Shown here in pieces: positions 40,201 through 52,099 of a stretch of DNA of 64,000 nucleotides. The notes beneath the pieces were generated by a model. The model had not been told where the DNA came from and did not search any database. It was given only the letters and a program-made list of their open reading frames with translations. This stretch comes from Balanoglossus misakiensis (taxonomy: Eukaryota > Animalia > Hemichordata), in contig CM082581.2 of assembly GCA_040954595.2 (NCBI GenBank), positions 12,907,921 to 12,971,920 on the forward strand. Direction: 5' to 3'. Each line of letters opens with the position of its first letter. Positions within the stretch are counted from its first letter, which is position 1. Position numbers and translations under genes: made by a program.

Positions 40201-40829
40201 TAAAACTGGTAAAATGTTTGTGACCTTGAACCAGGTAATCTCCCACGTGACGGTCAAGTATCCACGTACAGATACTCGTCAGAAGCCAATAAATGGCAGT
40301 TGCACTCCTTATGTTCACATGGCAACGTATACACTTCTGTGTACATAGTGAGCTGCGTCGAATTACTCCAAGGCAATACTCGCTACGTTATTGCTTCGTC
40401 GACACATGTTATTGCTTTGCAATTAATTTCATATTATGAAAAGGGGGGAAAATCATGTGGGAACCAGAAGATTATTTTCACGTGAACAAACATGACTTAA
40501 TAAAACTTCAAGTTACCAATGACACGTACTTTCTTGCCAGAACAAATTGCCGTCTCGTGTTACATGTACATGTATATCTCTGTTAAACTTCGCATTCCGC
40601 GGAAAGTTTTCGGCTCCAAGAAGAAAAGCAAAGCGTGTGGCAAGGCTTCAGATCACACCCGCAGCTAATAGTTGACTTTTTTCCTTCAGTTCAACGGCTG
40701 TTGCACAAATCACCTGAATTATACATTACCCACTCTCTGTTTACTGTACAAACCGCGGCTAAATTGGATGGTTTGACGAACGGTTGTCTCCTATAGCTGA
40801 CACAAGGGGCGAATTAAAACCCACTTGCT

Positions 40830-41110
40830 AGCCCTCTGACGTCGCCCATTTGTCGACCTGATTGCATTTCTTACCATTTACTTCGTTACGTTACATCGTT
40901 CCGAGCAAAACGCCTCCGGGCGCGGTAACTATGTGTCGGCAAACAAGGAACAAGCTGCCAATATCAACGGTGCCGACCGGGAGCCGCCCGAGCTGGTGTA
41001 CTCAAGTGACAGATCCGAGGGGACTACCCTATGCCTGCTTGTACCCACGCTCTGGGAAAATTACTTGCCTCAATTCCAAGCGAATCAGTTCGTTCATCGA
41101 CAGGTTCAAC
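40830..41110. promoter_or_regulatory. Small CpG/GC-rich island, function unknown
   Basis: About 22 CpGs in ~270 bp (hand count), with abrupt AT-rich, CpG-poor DNA to the right. Confidence 0.3.
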
Positions 41111-42319
41111 AAGTGTCAGAAGATTGCAGCTAAATACTCACCAACAGGACAAAGTTTCTGAGATTTTCCAGGCAATATATTTCTTGTAGTATATTCGGAC
41201 GAAAATTCATAATATTTCTGAAAAGAATATAGAAGAAAACGTTTCTTTAGATTAACTCTCAGGCACATGCTTTGTATAAACGCAACACTTCATTTTCTTA
41301 TTTCACCACAATGGAGACCAAAACAGATCAACGTGCACCAATCTTTATTACGCATTCCTGATCTACTCTTTGTGGCGTGATTAAAGGAACAACCCCAGTT
41401 TGCATGGATATTGAAATATAGAAATGTTCCTTTCTCACTCTGGGTGACTACCCGGTAGGTTTCTTACTGCCAATGTTATTAGAATAAATATGGATGTTGG
41501 TAACCAAGACTTTAATTTTCATAACTTGACTAGAGTATCATAAAACAAAATTATTTTTAAAAGTTGATTACTGTAAAGTATTTTCTCCCCTCCAGAAATG
41601 ATTTGGCTTGCCCCAGGACACAATTTGAGAGCAGTTTTATTGACCTGTGATCTCATCACAAACCTATCACACAATTTCATTGTAAATTCACAATTATAGA
41701 GAAGACACAGTGATTGTTTCGCCTTCCTTTTAAAATTGGCTCTTGCTTTTCAATTTCAAATGGGCATTTGTAGCCATTAACATTCATTAATCATCACTTC
41801 AGCACTTCATCTACAGACTTCCTGCCTTAATTAAACGGTGGATAATGCATTTTAATTTGGTGCAACCCCTGGAGTTTTACTGGTTGTGTTCAGAAATGAT
41901 GTGTTTGACGGCAAGACCTATTATTAGATGCGGGGTTCAGTAAACATTAGATTTCTGGATAACCTTTGTTCTCTTTCACCTGTGAGGATTCTATTTACTT
42001 GGAAATTCATCACCACTTGCGAATCTGCATGCATCGACGATCGGAGGAACGTTTAACTTAATTCATTTGAAACCTAATGACTTGTAGATCGCCTTGTCAT
42101 GGAATACATGGGCATTCTAATGTTGCAGTCTTGTCATCAAGATAACTTCTGACGAAGTTTAAAAGCGTTGTCCAGGCTTTTTTGTCATGACGGCACAAAT
42201 CAGTAATTTGTTGTTCACTTTTGCAATACGAGTGCTCCATTCATCTAGGGTTGCTTGAGTGATGTCACATATTGTGTATCTGTCTGTCTCGGAAAAAGTG
42301 CTCTTCCTGGTGAGTTATT

Positions 42320-42552
42320 GCTCCCCATAGAAATTCAAAGTTTACATGATAGGTCTTTGTGGCAATAATGATTACTAGTTACTAATTTTAAAGATGGACA
42401 GACAACAATTATGCTCCAGAAGAAGGCTAGGTTTAATATAGGAGACATCCAGCACTTTTAGTGACACACGTTTTGACGCGATGTGAACAGACAGACAGAC
42501 AGACAGACATTGTACGACAGTACTGTCCGGTGTGAACCTTGGGAGCTCAAAT
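42320..42552 (+). mobile_element. Possible decayed Helentron/DINE-1-like non-autonomous element
   Basis: Internal (ACAG)5 microsatellite (42487-42509) followed ~25 bp later by gtgaaccttgggagctcaaa, resembling the microsatellite + short hairpin + GAGCTAAAA ending of such elements as I recall them. Left boundary is a guess. Confidence 0.25.
42487..42509. repeat. (ACAG)5 microsatellite
   Basis: acagacagacagacagacagaca. Confidence 0.9.
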
Positions 42553-45500
42553 AAACCTAATATTCCACACTTATCAAATCCATGATCCACATTCGGGATA
42601 GGTGGTGTTACGTTTCCACGCTTTCATTATAGAATGCTAAACAGCTTGATAAAACGGTTGGTTCAAAGGTCACTTTCTCCCTTTGATTATCTCCGACCGA
42701 TCGACTGTCCGACTCGGCAGTACAATGAGAAACCAAAAGAGCCAAATCAATGGCTCTCAACACGAAACATAGTATATCAATGTTAACGTCAATATTTCCT
42801 AAACTGCCCAATCGGTATTTTTACTTTTTGGCAGATCAGCGAGGTAGCACCAGCTTTAACTGGCATAAAGGCTGTCACTGTAGCTATCATGGTTAATTTC
42901 CACTTGCACACACCATCACGGATAAGGTTCAAAAAAGTTCCCACACCCACAGGCAGGCAGGTCACATAGTGAAAATGAAGACCGACAGGGTAAAATGGGT
43001 AACTGTAATTTTAAAAGTGCTGAAATCTAATCCACAGCCTCATTCATGGCGTGCATTGTGTAATATCTGCAGGTTTTTCAATGGCAGGTTTCCTATCAAA
43101 GATATCATTTGAGGAAATTCCATGATCCATACAATTCAAGAAAGTTGACTATATGAACCCGTCTGTGCTGGGTTTACTTTAATACTAGGCATTGCACACA
43201 TACACACCAAACTATCACAAAACATCGTTTTTGATAATATCATTTGAAAAGAGTTAAACATTTGAGCGTATATATTGATCAAAATTGCATCAATGTTTAT
43301 TCTGCCTGTGAGTCATCAATTGGCTAAACAAATAACTTTTGATATGCGAACATTTCAGAGCCAAATTGAAAAAATGTTTTCACGTTTCAAAACACAATTA
43401 GAATACATCAAAAACAAACCATATTCAGAACAAAAGCAGCAACAGCGTCACCGTAGACCTGTCGACGTATTTTCATGAAGAGAGGTTTTTATGATGAAAC
43501 AAAATATAACTGATTTTAAGCACAAGTTGCCATTTGAAATATATCTTTCCTTTAATTGAATTTGCTTCCTACATTTCCCGCAAGCTGTTTGATCAAAACT
43601 CCGCCTTAAAAGTTTTAATCATGAGTATATTATTATTGCTTTATTTATGTAGGCAGTGAGTCTCAGAGCGCACCATATGAATAAATAACACTGGTTGTGT
43701 TGGATCATAACCTTTAGAAAATTGAGTCCAAATTGCGATGTCATTTTTAAACGTTCTGCGACCTGCATTCCCGCTTTGGTCACCATTTTACCCGAGACAA
43801 CATAATGCTGTCTTTGTTGTCTGGAAACGGGAATTTGGATAAAGCTCAGTCCAAATCCGCAGATTAAGGGTTTCGCGGTTTTGGCGGTGGTGACGCTCAT
43901 AGCACGCGCAAGCTGCAGTTAATCCCCGGATGTCAGCTGAAAGCTCTGTTTGTGCAAAGACGTACGCTGGTCCAGCATTTCCGTATTTATCGTTTACATG
44001 TTTGTGCTGAAACTCCAATGTTCAGTCTCGCACAAAACACTCACGTTTAATCAACGTCCTCTATCGTTTGCAATGCATCTTCTCATCGATGAGGTATATA
44101 CGTAAGATATCGAAAATTATTGTAAGCTGTCTCGCACTTTTGAAAGTGACGACGTGTCACATTACATCTCATATCAGCTTTCACCGGTTTCCTGGGTTTT
44201 ATAAGTAGTCTGATCGATAATCCCTTGATTGGCTTTCCGGGCACGATCTCTGAATAAAAATCTTTCATAGAAGGGAGGCTACGCAAGCGACGCCTGATAA
44301 TGATTATGTGATTTTCCCCATCATCGGCGATTCTTCCATGCCACCACAGCGCATGCGTACAAATTAGCATCTTTACATGTTTGCGTGTGTATATATAACA
44401 AGCTGAGGTTTCGCTGCAGTGTAGACGGCGGAGAGTATTCAAATAGCCAGAAACGAAAGGGGTCGCTAAATGCTTCACATGCCGCACGTTCCTCGGGTTT
44501 AAGGTAATAAATCGATTCATTACTTATTCCTATCACGTCAGAATATATGTACCTTTCATGAGAAACCATACAAATTTTCCCACTACGTTTGTTATTGAAC
44601 GATAGCAACAGTTCTGTTCACAATTTCTCTGTTGACTGTGCGATATCTAGTACAGCAAGATAATTTTTTCGCCTGTAAGCTTGAGATACACTCATTTATA
44701 CTGGTATACTTTGAGAATTATTTCAGGGGAACTATAACTTGAGTCACTGCCTTTTGTCTCAGAATCTGTATTTTTAGTGGTCTAGTTTTTAAGCATCCCT
44801 GTTACTTAGCATAGCCAGTCCATTTTTTGTGAGCAACATCAGGGAGGCAACGGTGCCCGCGCTAGTCCCAACTGGTGTCAACGTGCAAAGAGACAAAGTC
44901 GCGCAAAAAAAAGATGTGCAAGGCATTTAGGTATTGCTTAGCTGTATAATACCACTTGGAAGCATCGCATTACAAAGCGCGAATCTTACACTAGGGGTCG
45001 CTATCACATAGGGAAGTACACAAAAAATTGGATACGTTTTCCCCTTTTTCGCCGGAGGTACATCGTCGTTGTAATGCACAGACCGTGCGCCTACTGATTA
45101 CGGCTGCAGAGCCGTATCCATTTACGCGTCACCAAGTCGTATCTATGACCGTGGTTCGTTAACATTATTTCCCAGGGCGGGAAAACTCCTGAGTTAGCAA
45201 TCAATGATAGTGCCTTCAAGTTTCTGTACTGCCATGCATCTGTTGTTTTTGTCGTCTTGTGCGTGTTCCTCATTATAGCCCGACGTTTTCTCCTTATTCT
45301 AATCCGTTTTTACCCCTGCAGCTGTTCACATCACCTTCGTCAATATTGGTTTGATTCTTTTCATTATCACGTCTATACAAGTCATGTACTGACACTGGTT
45401 TCTGCACGTCTTGGCAGAATTTTTACCTAATGAACGACACAGACTGTGCCCTAGCAACTTTGGCACTTTGTGAACAGGTAACCAGCAGGTTTTACCTCGC

Positions 45501-48272
45501 GAATTTCCGAAGAATCGGAAACCCAAACTTAGGATTGACATCTTCAGAGAGAAGCAAAGGCCATCAATGAGATGCTATCTAGCACACACAATTTCGCTAC
45601 AAAGTCGTCCAAAAGTAGGCACGTGCACATGACGTAAGACATAAAACAAAGGGATTATCGACCATTATCCCGCCACAGGTTATGCAGTGCAAACAGTTGC
45701 TTCCTTTTGATCTTTGCCACAGTCGTTCATCCTTTCGCTCCAGGGTCTATGATGAAAGCAACAAACGGATAACCTTTGCATTTACGATTTAAGTGTTTTA
45801 CCCAAATGCTAATCGACAAATACAGCCCGGAAAGGGTAGTCAAAATTGGTATAATTTTAAACATTTATTTGTTTATCTGTCAGCATTTATAGACGCATCA
45901 AACTACCTGTGATTTGCGCAAGAACAAAGCCTTTAACTTTGTGTTGACCTTGGTTTGGAAACCACACAGTAACGTGCGCCGGGCAAATCTTGTCGTGACT
46001 ATTGAGGAAGATTTGATTTGTTGTTTCTCTGGAGAGCTAAAACGTCGCCTAAAAATACTAGATTTGTTCTTCCAATGGGAACAGCTAGCACTGCTTTGTA
46101 TATTGCAATAAGTAAATAAATGGAGGGTAACCTTGACAAAATGTGAATGCGTACCGCATAAAGAAACACAAATAATGATTCAGTTCACAGTTTCATGAGA
46201 AGATAATGGACAATATGACAACCCAGGTAATAACGGATAAATGTCGCCCAGCCAACATAATTAGCGGTTCCTTACATACACAAGCTTTCCTCGGCTTTAC
46301 GCCTCACCTGGATTTTTTTTTAATAGATGAACTCATCGGGTCGCCGCCAGTCTGGCGACAAGGCTCTTTTTTCTAAAATGCAACCACCGCAAGTACAGAG
46401 CAGCTTTGCGTCTTAAATCCCCTGAATTTTGTCGCTGTCGTGTTGAACAAAGGTTCGAATGATACACAGGGCGCATGATGCATTTACTGGTAAACACAGA
46501 CCAGTTAGTACTCAGACTTGCCTGGGGAGCCAATATCAAATGTATTGTAACATCAGCCACAGTTTACCACGTACTCCCATCAATCTCTCTACTTCCATCT
46601 TTGCGATGAAATATTTATTCAGTTTCCAGGTACTACTATTAGAGGTAAACAGTTTAATAGTTATATACTCTATGTGGTTCCTCTTTCTACGAAACGATTT
46701 CTTTCGCAATGCAACTGGTACTTGATTTCCATAACGCAGTCTCGTAATAACATGACTGTATACTCATCAATCCATCCACCATTTCCACCAGAAAACAGTA
46801 TCGCAAACCCATGCATGTCCGCGTTTAAACGCAAACAGTTGAACCACATGCCGACATGTACACCACAAGAGGTATAGTAATAACAATTTTCAGCATCACG
46901 ATGCAAATGAAACAATATTGACTTTGAAAACGTCTGTTTTTCGTGATATTGGATCTATGTGGTTTGTATTTACAGGTGTGTTCACTGTGGTCCCAAAAGT
47001 TATTTTTGTTTTCTTTGCAGAGTCTGTTCTGCATTATTGCCGTTGGATGTAGTGTAACAGGCTGATAAAAAAGAGTAATTCCAGGGCTTGTGTTCAATAG
47101 CACGAGCTATTAAGCCCCAATTTGGTGTTTTTCCTGGGCTCTGATTTAACGCCCTTCAATTACGTCAAGTGGCTCCCACATATCATAAGCAAAACTTCCC
47201 TTTGTCCTAGCCTTTCCCGTTGGTGCTAACGGGAGAGGCTAATGCACATTAATGGTGTTTATTATCTCTAACGGCCCTCCACTGAGCTTGTTGCAACAAT
47301 GGTGAAAAATGGCCGCGGCAAATGTTACAAGTAATGGACACGCCGGCAAAGTGATCCTAAATTTGTGCAAGTGAAACGTAACCAGGGACTCATTTGTGGA
47401 AACAGTCAAAACATATGTGGGGCAAGTTCGCGAAACAGTCAATAACTCCAATATGTCATGCAAATTTAAACATGTTATGGGAAATGTTAATTTGGCAATC
47501 CACTTGGCACAGAATGTATCAGCATGTAAGGAGATACGACAACAACATCAACAGTATAGCAATTCCATGCCACCATATGCAGTGATGCAATAATTCAGAA
47601 ATGAAATCAGTTAACATTTTTCTATGTTGTATTCTTAACACTCGATCGCCAGCTGTTTTTGCGGGATTGATTGATGTTACATCGTGTTGTTTTACATGTA
47701 TTTTTAGATCTCACCAACATAAGAGGTAGCGCATTTTGTCTAAGCATTCTAAAACAAGAACAACAAAGATGACACAGAATGGTTATTTACATTTTGTTAC
47801 TGCAAACAAGACTATTAATTCTGATGGAGGCCCCTAAACATAACCTGTTGGTACAATCCAGTGTGCGTGTCATTTAATTTCCTGTTTCATTCATATTAAC
47901 CAGTCTCAAACCAACGAATGCATCATCCATCATACTTATGGGAATTGATGTTGGAAAAAATCTTACATAGAAAATTGACAATTTACAAACCATATTGCAT
48001 GGACCAGATTATCTCGAATGCTATTTCAAACAGACAATATATTTGGCACATCCTCAGCTATACACTGCCAGCACACTTATAGATGCAAATGGATTTGTTT
48101 CGGGGGAAAATAGTCGCTCGGTTATTTCGCATTGCAATTTTGATCAGTAATTGCTTGCATATCAAGATTACGAGAAATGGAATCATTTGTTCAACGTGAG
48201 AATTTCAAGTGTTGAAATATGAACCTGTGTATAATGCGTTGCCCTGTGAAATTTTAGGGGACCGGCCCTTTG

Positions 48273-48358
48273 GTGAGTGAGTGAATGAGTGAGTGAATGA
48301 GTGAGTGAGTGAGTGAGTGGGATACACAAGACAAACAGACAGACAGAGTGAGAGACAG
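48273..48358. repeat. (GAGT/GAAT)~11 microsatellite followed by degenerate (CAGA)n
   Basis: gtgagtgagtgaatgagtgagtgaatgagtgagtgagtgagtgagtg...acagacagacagagtgagagacag. Confidence 0.9.
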
Positions 48359-51300
48359 GTAGAGAAAGTGATGATATTAAACAAGGTCAGGCCACTGCTA
48401 TTTCAAATTCATTTACATAATGGCATTATAGTTTTCATTTCCCAGCAAGTGTTGCGAATGGCCGCCGGAACAATTCTTGCAGAAACAGCTGTTATCTTCG
48501 TGCCAAACACATCGTTAACAGCGGGCTTCGTGACAGCTTTGGGAGAGACGGAATTCAAAACTTCGCAGACCAATAAATCTGCAAATTCGATACTTTACCG
48601 CGGTATTTTAAGCTTAGTTTTATAGATTTTAAATCATGGTTAACCCAACCCAAATTCAAACACCCTAAGCGACGTCAATTCATCTTCAGGTGAATCCGAG
48701 TAAAAAAGTTTGAGACAAGTGAATAATCAATGACAGATGCATTTTTTAAAATCAGCAGTGAAAATATTGGAAGATGTTTGTTAGGTTCTTGCCTCTGGTA
48801 GTCGATTACATCATATGTTTTTCTTAAATTAACAATTTTGTTCCCCCCCCCCATGTTTGATGTCACAGGTTCATCGTACATGAACAGCTCAGGGTACCTT
48901 GAGAACGAACAAACAAATGACAGCTGGTGGCATTACGAAGCTGAATACAACGGTTTAGAATAAATAGATCTGCGATTCAACAATCAATGAACAGTAAAAT
49001 GTTCCGCGGTGCATGCTAAACTTCACCAACAAAGACAAGAATCCTTTATTGCAAAGGGACATGAAGTGAGGTTCTAGATTTTGTTTCAGGTAAGGCGCCA
49101 CCTACATGTATGATGATGCAAGAGTCCATTTGGTAAACTGAAATCATCGAACTGATCATTGGACCTTATACTCAAACGGCATTCTCTAGAATAATGGTAT
49201 CATAATTATATTCTTCACTGGCTCTGAGCCACTTCTAGTAAATTTTCCTATCTATTGTTGTTATGGTAGTGGTGGTGGTTATTTTCCATTGCAGAGTTCT
49301 TTCCATGCGAGATGTGGCAAGCCATAGCAAGTATAATTCACAGCCTTTAATTTAATTCAATGATAACAATCTAGGAATGAATACTCGAATGTCAGCATAT
49401 CGTTAGCACCCTACCGATGTTATACTCTGGTTATCATTTCAAACATTGTGGTTAGAAGGCATGTTTTGACATGCCCTCTAACTGTATTGCGATATTTTCA
49501 TGTTCCACATCAGTGCACTGAACCCATGGTGAAATTAATGTCAGCCGGGTGAGAAATGATGTTATTGCCATCATCCAAACTAAACAAAACCGAAACGGCA
49601 CTGAAATATTCATTGGGAACACTTGATAATGATGTGAAGAAAATGTGATTAGTGGTGTGAGATGCCCCCCAGGCACATACATGACACACATTCTTGTCAC
49701 GATGTGAAAGTACATGTACAATTGAGAAAGAAACGGTGAGTGAAAAGTCATGCCGTGATCGTGCAAATCTAGGCAATCACAAATGCCTTTGGAAAAGACT
49801 CTGAAGCCTGACAAAAAACAAGTACGTCACAACACGTGGGGGTTCCTTAAAGTGTATCGATGGCTACGTAGCTGTTAATGATTCTAGGTTGGGCAGCGTA
49901 CATTGGCGATCAATGAAAGTGATCCGTTGCCAACCCTCACCAGTCACCACGAGGATAATTATCCAGACTGACTTCGATCTGAATACTGACATACTTGTTA
50001 AATCGGTTTATACTTCAGAACCGATCATAATGCTTGCATTATACAAGAGACCAGGGGACATCATCTATAATTTGATTGCCTGTGTTTGTGTCGCTGCAGC
50101 CGATGCTGCTCCGGATATAGCAGTTGGCGCAAGCCTTCAATTAATTGAGTCTTTTCTTAAAATCATCACGCATGTTGTGGACGGGAACAAGTTTCTAATC
50201 CCCAGCGAGGATTTGCATCTAGTTCTCTTTGACGTCCCATTGTCTGCCGGGAGTGTGGTTAGATATATAGCGCATGGACATCTCTGAAAGGGTTAGAAAA
50301 AAAGTTCCGACTCAACTGTGAAACCCGGCTAATTCTATTGATGTTTTTAATAAGTTTCCCCGATATATTACGGCAGATGTGTGCACACTATTTATTGTGT
50401 GCTGGATTCGTATATATGTGGCATTGCATATTTCCTGCTATATTCAACCTCATTTCCATAACTGTTATCTGTTGTCTGTTTTGTATACGCACAAAGGTGA
50501 TCAGTTGTATGCAGAATATGGTATCTGCCTATTATCTGACTATAAGTTCAGAAATGCTATTAATCTAAAGCATATTAATTAATGTGACGAATGTCGTAAA
50601 GAGGTTCGCCCGTGCATATCGTTGTTTGCAACCAGAGATGCTTTCACACAAGAGGATATATCCGGGAATCGCTTCACCGGAATTAAAATTAAACCTCTGC
50701 GTATGTACATGTTTACTTTGCAGACGTCTTATATGAGCAGGCTTCAATCCCGGGGATTGGATGACAGAAAATCGTCGCAAAATGGACGTGACAGTTGCGT
50801 CACTGAATTCTACGTACGGGGGAGTGGGGTCTGATTGATCTATGGCTGTTGACACTTTCCCTGTAAATACCCCACTATGTACCTTCTAAAAAGCTTCAAA
50901 ACTATGTGTGTTTGTTGATCCTAGAATGGTTAATACGACAGGCCTAATTGAAAAGTGCGGGAAGAGGATATTGATGCGCCTATTTTAGTCAGCTGATATA
51001 ATCCCGAAAGCTGAATCCTATCGTAATTCACCGATAGTGCCCGTTGTCGTTTCATCATTGCATCATACAGTGTGTATAGTGTGGAAACATTACCTTTCCA
51101 GATTACATTCCACGATAAGCACTGAATGGATGTAAATTCTGAGTACTTAATCTCGGACTCGCGCATGTTCTCGCGATGTATGTCCAGGTATTATCACTCT
51201 CACTGGCACAATGTCAATATACATGGAACTTTCGAATGCGATGGACAGCTTAGGAGAATAAGCACACTGGCGTGCGAGCGTTCTATAGTTGTTTACCACA

Positions 51301-51932
51301 CAGCTAAACGAACCATGTAGGCCATCCCAATCGCCTGAATGCAACGCCATTGGCGTTCTATTAAGCATTCATTTGAAGTGGGCATGGTAACACCCCATGA
51401 GCACACTCAAGAAGAGCTTTGAAATTGCTGTCAATGCAACGCTCCCCATGAAAGATGTGAAGAATTTCATGAATAAACACGACGAGTCTGCAACAATGCG
51501 ACTTTAGGTTCAGAAGGCGGGAGGCACAACACGAGAATCTTCATTGTCTGCAAGAGCAGCTTATCCAATGAGAATCAATTTATTGTGGGCGTGCGAATAA
51601 AACATGTGTTTTCTCTTTGGCAAAGGGAAAAAACATGTCTGTATTAGGATCCATCGGAGCTCCTAACAATTGGTACCTTGGGAAATGTGATAAGGGATGT
51701 TCATAAACGCCAATCCAGTATTGCAGTCAAACTGATAAGCTATAATAATAACAATAGTCTTTATGAAACGGAAGGGGCGATTTGATATTACCCATTTCAT
51801 GAACGTTATATTATGACTTTGCCTTCTTTACAGCAATGGTGTTAGCTGTCGCTACTCAATATCGATGATATTCACACATCATTTGCAAATCTGGGTTATA
51901 CAGTAGTCTTTCTCATCATTACTAAGTGAGAA

Positions 51933-52099
51933 TGCGGTGCCCTATGCGGTACCATCACTAGATGGAATGTCTTTCCCCCGAAGTTCACTATTTGTACCCT
52001 TCACAACAGCTCATTTTTCTCTCTCCGATGAAACTAAGGGTATGACTAGTGAACTTAGGATGTAAACTATTTCATCTAGTGAGATGGTAAGGCACCGCA
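51933..52099. repeat. 167-bp imperfect inverted repeat (fold-back; MITE remnant or long hairpin)
   Basis: Arm 51933-52001 and the reverse complement of arm 52036-52099 share co-linear blocks tgcggtgcc, taccatc, tcactagatg, aagttcacta and taccctt; 34-nt loop. Confidence 0.8.

Noticed and set aside
40916-40926. CCGGGCGCGGT matching the 5' end of 7SL RNA
   Set aside because: Only 11 nt match and the downstream sequence does not continue the SRP RNA Alu domain.
40862-41161. Two overlapping + strand ORFs (99 and 66 aa)
   Set aside because: No recognisable domain; openness is explained by local GC richness, and there are no convincing flanking splice sites.
44083-50287. Mid-length ORFs of 120-145 aa (44083-44520 -, 49452-49814 -, 49889-50287 +)
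   Set aside because: No domain similarity or coding-like composition evident; lengths are compatible with random open frames.
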